DNA from: Malacoraja senta
Lineage: Eukaryota
Direction of reading: 5' to 3'
Assembly: GCA_038087875.1 (NCBI GenBank)
Contig: CM075988.1
Location: forward strand, 20,772,001-20,836,000
DNA: 64,000 nucleotides
Below the pieces are notes generated by a model. The model was not told where the DNA came from, did not search any database, and saw nothing but the letters and a program-made list of their open reading frames with translations. This document shows, piece after piece, positions 61,121 through 64,000 of this stretch. Numbering within the stretch: position 1 is the stretch's first letter; each line of letters begins with the position of its first letter. The position numbers were made by a program, and so were the translations under genes.

Positions 61121-64000
61121 ACTGACTGCATTTTTTGAATTCATTTTTCAGGAGGTGTACATTGCTATCAAGTTCACCCTTCATTATCCATCCCTAATTG
61201 CTCATGCCAGGTCATTTAAAAGTCAACATTTGGTTGGTATAGAATAAGATCACAGGCCAGACCAAGTAAGGATAGTAGATTTCCTTCCCTGAAGGGCATT
61301 AGTGAACCAGATGGGTTTTTAATGACACTCCAGTAGTTTTGTGGTCATCTTTACAAAGACCGGATGTCTAAAGATTTCACTGATACTGTGGTAGGATTCT
61401 GTTCTCTGTAGTGTTGGTTCAGCGGGTAGATGATCAGAACCTTTTCTTCCAGTAGTCTGCAGAAAGGTCTTGACGTGAAACGTCACCTATCCACGTCCTC
61501 CAGAGATGCTGCCTTAACTGCTGAGTTAATCCAGCATGTTATGCCTTTTTTCTCCTTTGGTTTGAAATGTCAAAGACTAAAGGGCCAAGCAGTTTAAAGC
61601 TATGGACAATTTACAGAAGCCAATTAACGTACAAATCCGAATGTCTTTCGAATGCTGGAGGAAACCGGAGCACCCGGAGAAAATCTGAGAATATGCAAAC
61701 TCCATACAGGCAGCATCTGAGGTCAGCTGTACTGTACCACCACTGATAATTAAATACTGGAAGCAAAGTAGCAGTTGGATAATAAATTAGTTAATATTTT
61801 CAAACATTTTCATAATTTAATTTGTGACCCTGATTAAGAAATCCATTCCAGCATCTCATTTTGATTGCTTTTTGAATTTTAATCTCTTTTATAAATACAA
61901 AAGCCTCAGCACAGATGTGAAATTATGTTGGTTGTCTAATGTAATAAGATATCCCTATGGCTTGAAATATTGGCATTCTGTCTCCAAGATATTTAGCACA
62001 TAGTCAAGTGTTTATACTATAAAATAAACACATTTTGAATAGAAAAAAATTAGCAAAATGAAAGGCTTTATTATATTTGTGTTTCTACTACTCATTTAGC
62101 TGTCTTTGTGTGATTTACAATTTGTTAGCTAATCATGATTGAATGGTATTCACTTGTGACAGAGACCCCATTTATGCTTTATGCACGTTGTTCCATCAGC
62201 ACTTTCCATTTCTACAATAAAATTAATTATATTTATCAGCCTAGATTAAAAAAAAAAAACGAGTTGTCATTTTGGCACAGAGAAGTATGCCTTGAGTGTT
62301 GGAACAAATTTAACATCTGGTATAACGAGATTTAGGAGAAAAACAACAGCCTTATTGACCTAGTTATTTTCCATCTGATGCAAACAAAGTATTATAAAAC
62401 TCGAAACATAAGGTGGAAAAAAACCTCCCAAAGTACGTCTTTGCAGAATAATGGAGTCAAAATGACTCCAATGGAACTTTTGATATGACTATACCCAGCT
62501 GGTACTGATCAAAGCTGTGAGACAACTGGTGGACTGCTGTGAAGATGATTTTTAAGAAGCCTTCCAACAAAAGTATATTTTGACATGTTGTAAGTTAGTT
62601 GCTTTATTATACATCCATAGAAAAGCCAAAGACAGACAGAAATAACTCGAGCAACTCAGCAGGTCATGCAGCATCTCTGGAGAATAGGAATATGTGACAT
62701 TTCGGATTGAGACCCTTCTTCACAGAGAGATGGGGAAAGGGGAATGAGAGATAGAGGCAGTATTTGGGACAAATGAATGGAAGATATGCCGAAAGCAATG
62801 ATAAGGAAATGTGGAGCCCACAATGGTCCATTGTTGGCTATGGAATAGGTGAAAATGAGTTAATACAAACAGTGCAACAACAGGATGACAGTAAAACTAG
62901 TATGACATCTCTTTTCCCCTGACTCTGTCTGAAGAAGGGTCTCGATCTGAAACATCACCTTTTCTCCAGACCCGCTGAGTTACTCCAGTTTTTTGTGCCT
63001 GTCTTCGGTTCAGACCAGCATCTGCTGTTCCTCCCTGCGCATAGAAAAGCCAAACTCAATGGATGGGGTGTTTTTTGATCGAAAGATACAGCGTGGAAAC
63101 AGGCCATTCTGTCCACTGAGTCCACGCTGACCATCGATCACCCATTCACACTAGTTCCATGTTGTCCCACTTTCTCATCCACTCACTGCACACATGGACA
63201 ATTGACGGAGGGCCAATTAACTTCCAAACTCACACGGCTTTGGGATGAAACCAGAGCACCAGGGGGGAACCCACAGTCACGAGGAGAGTGTGCAAACTCC
63301 ATGCACACAGCATCCAAGGTTAGAATCAAACTTGGGTCTCTGGTGCTGTGAGTCCTGGGTCTCTGGTGCTGCGCCACCACATTGTATATGAGTTATACAA
63401 TGTGGTGGCGCAGAAAATAAAGCTGCAAGTGGTCTGGTTCCACTCGTTCACTTTGTTGCCAGGAAATCTTTAATAAACACGTCTAATTATTATTAAAGGT
63501 GGTACGAAGAACTGCAGATGTTGGTTTATTCAAAAAAGGCACATTGTGCTGGAGTGATGCTGCATGACCTGCTGAGTTACTCCAGCACTTTGTGTCTTTT
63601 TTTGAATAAACCAACATCTGCAGTTCCTTGTACCTCCTTTAATAATAATTAATTTGTTTTGCTTCCCACCCTCATCCATGACACTGAAATTTCTCTAATT
63701 TATTCCTCATCTACTTCTTGTCTGCATACTGCTCCTTGATGTCATCATGCCTAGACACATACATTATAGACATTGGGTCCTATACTATCTTCTCTGAGGT
63801 TTGACAGATGCTGAGTGGAAAAGTCTGAAGCTAGGGGACATAATGCCAGATAAGTACCTCACTCATTTAGTTCAGTTTAGAGATACAGTGTGGAAACAGG
63901 CCAGTCGGCCCACCGAGTCCGTGACGACCAACGACTACCCGTACACTTGTTCTATTCTACAACCAGGGACAATTTACAGAAGCCAACGAACCTACAAACC

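Overview
Vertebrate genomic DNA. The repeat set (HE1/V-SINE-type tRNA SINEs, abundant CR1, Penelope pLTR fragments) suggests a cartilaginous fish, probably a skate or ray; this is inference. The + strand carries the last five coding exons of ADAMTS8 (837-12823) and the complete ZBTB44 gene: CpG-island promoter ~28950-29580, five coding exons 32893-54194, and a ~3.1 kb 3'UTR. The rest is transposon-derived. Highlights: (1) about 20 Penelope-derived inserts, many carrying a minimal hammerhead-ribozyme core and several flanked by target-site duplications (TSDs). (2) A structurally complete but frameshifted DIRS1-type tyrosine-recombinase retrotransposon with ITRs, ICR, ATT crossover trinucleotide and an adenine-methyltransferase-like domain, nested with a Rex1 copy inside an old RTE LINE in ZBTB44 intron 2. 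(3) A CAAAG-ended MITE with an 8-bp TSD, plus an apparent P-element-like excision footprint of the same family. (4) A promoter built from TALE(PBX/PREP)-like + CCAAT modules at a fixed 19-bp offset. (5) An ADAMTS8 with an extra C-terminal TSP1 repeat relative to human. (6) A solo LTR containing a 37-bp tandem array. (7) A teleost-like SINE. Family and gene assignments come from recognition of motifs, not database searches. Boundaries of degenerate repeats are approximate.
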